From Eledone cirrhosa (Eukaryota): a stretch of DNA of 64,000 nucleotides. Every line of letters begins with the position of its first letter. The first letter of the stretch is position 1. Below, one piece after another: positions 63,683 to 64,000 of the stretch. The stretch covers positions 229,338,001 to 229,402,000 of the forward strand of contig OZ024743.1 in assembly GCA_964016885.1 (NCBI GenBank), given 5' to 3'. The notes below the pieces were generated by a model. The model saw only the letters and a program-made list of their open reading frames with translations, did no database searches and was not told where the DNA came from. A program made the position numbers and the translations under genes.

Positions 63683-63690
<8 letters not shown>
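63585..63690 (+). mobile_element. 5'-truncated copy C of the rewired-hammerhead repeat, between two (TA)n runs
   Basis: GTGAT GAAA TATC AATGATG GTTGG AAAATCA CTGACGA AGGAC plus the shared tail TATTTTTATCATATGTAACCCATGTGCAACCACGCAGTATTC. Confidence 0.75.
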
Positions 63691-63781
<91 letters not shown>

Positions 63782-64000
63782 TTAATTATACTATTTATGG
63801 TTATGTAAATACAAAAACCTTTTGCAGTTATATATATTTTTATATAAACCCTAAATAGTGGTAGGCAGTAATATATTACTACCTTATTAGCAGTAAGTTA
63901 AGTAGCTCAATGTAAAAACATCAGATGATTTACAGAGCAGTTATATGAAGTATAAGAATCAAAGAACTGTTCAAAACATTTTTATGCTTACAACTGTTTC

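Overview
AT-rich, microsatellite-laden animal genomic DNA. The SINE and RTE repertoire points to an octopus or other cephalopod (inference). Nearly all long ORFs in the track are (TA)n, (CA)n or (AAC)n translation noise. Supportable content: (1) a near full-length RTE-clade LINE (ORF 2817-5934, two 1-nt frameshifts) preceded by a ~400-bp tandem array; (2) a probable first coding exon of an ephrin gene on the minus strand (27256-27476), which would place the left 27 kb in its first intron; (3) many tRNA-derived SINEs, Tc1/mariner-type and hAT-type MITEs, and 3' remnants of CRE and CR1/L2-type LINEs; (4) a dense set of unrelated small elements sitting in (TA)n tracts that carry hammerhead ribozyme (HHR) motifs and are usually folded back into palindromes. 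These include a 310-bp retrozyme-like tandem array with 7 HHRs and a 5'-truncated Penelope-like element with a GIY-YIG C-terminus and an inverted pLTR. The most unusual object is a 3-copy repeat (36403-36504, 51218-51319, 63585-63628). It contains all three hammerhead core segments with correctly placed pairings, but in the order NUH -> GAAA -> CUGANGA, which is not a circular permutation of HHR types I/II/III. This suggests a topologically rewired, pseudoknotted hammerhead with a possible kink-turn. All structures were paired by eye and nothing was searched or folded computationally.
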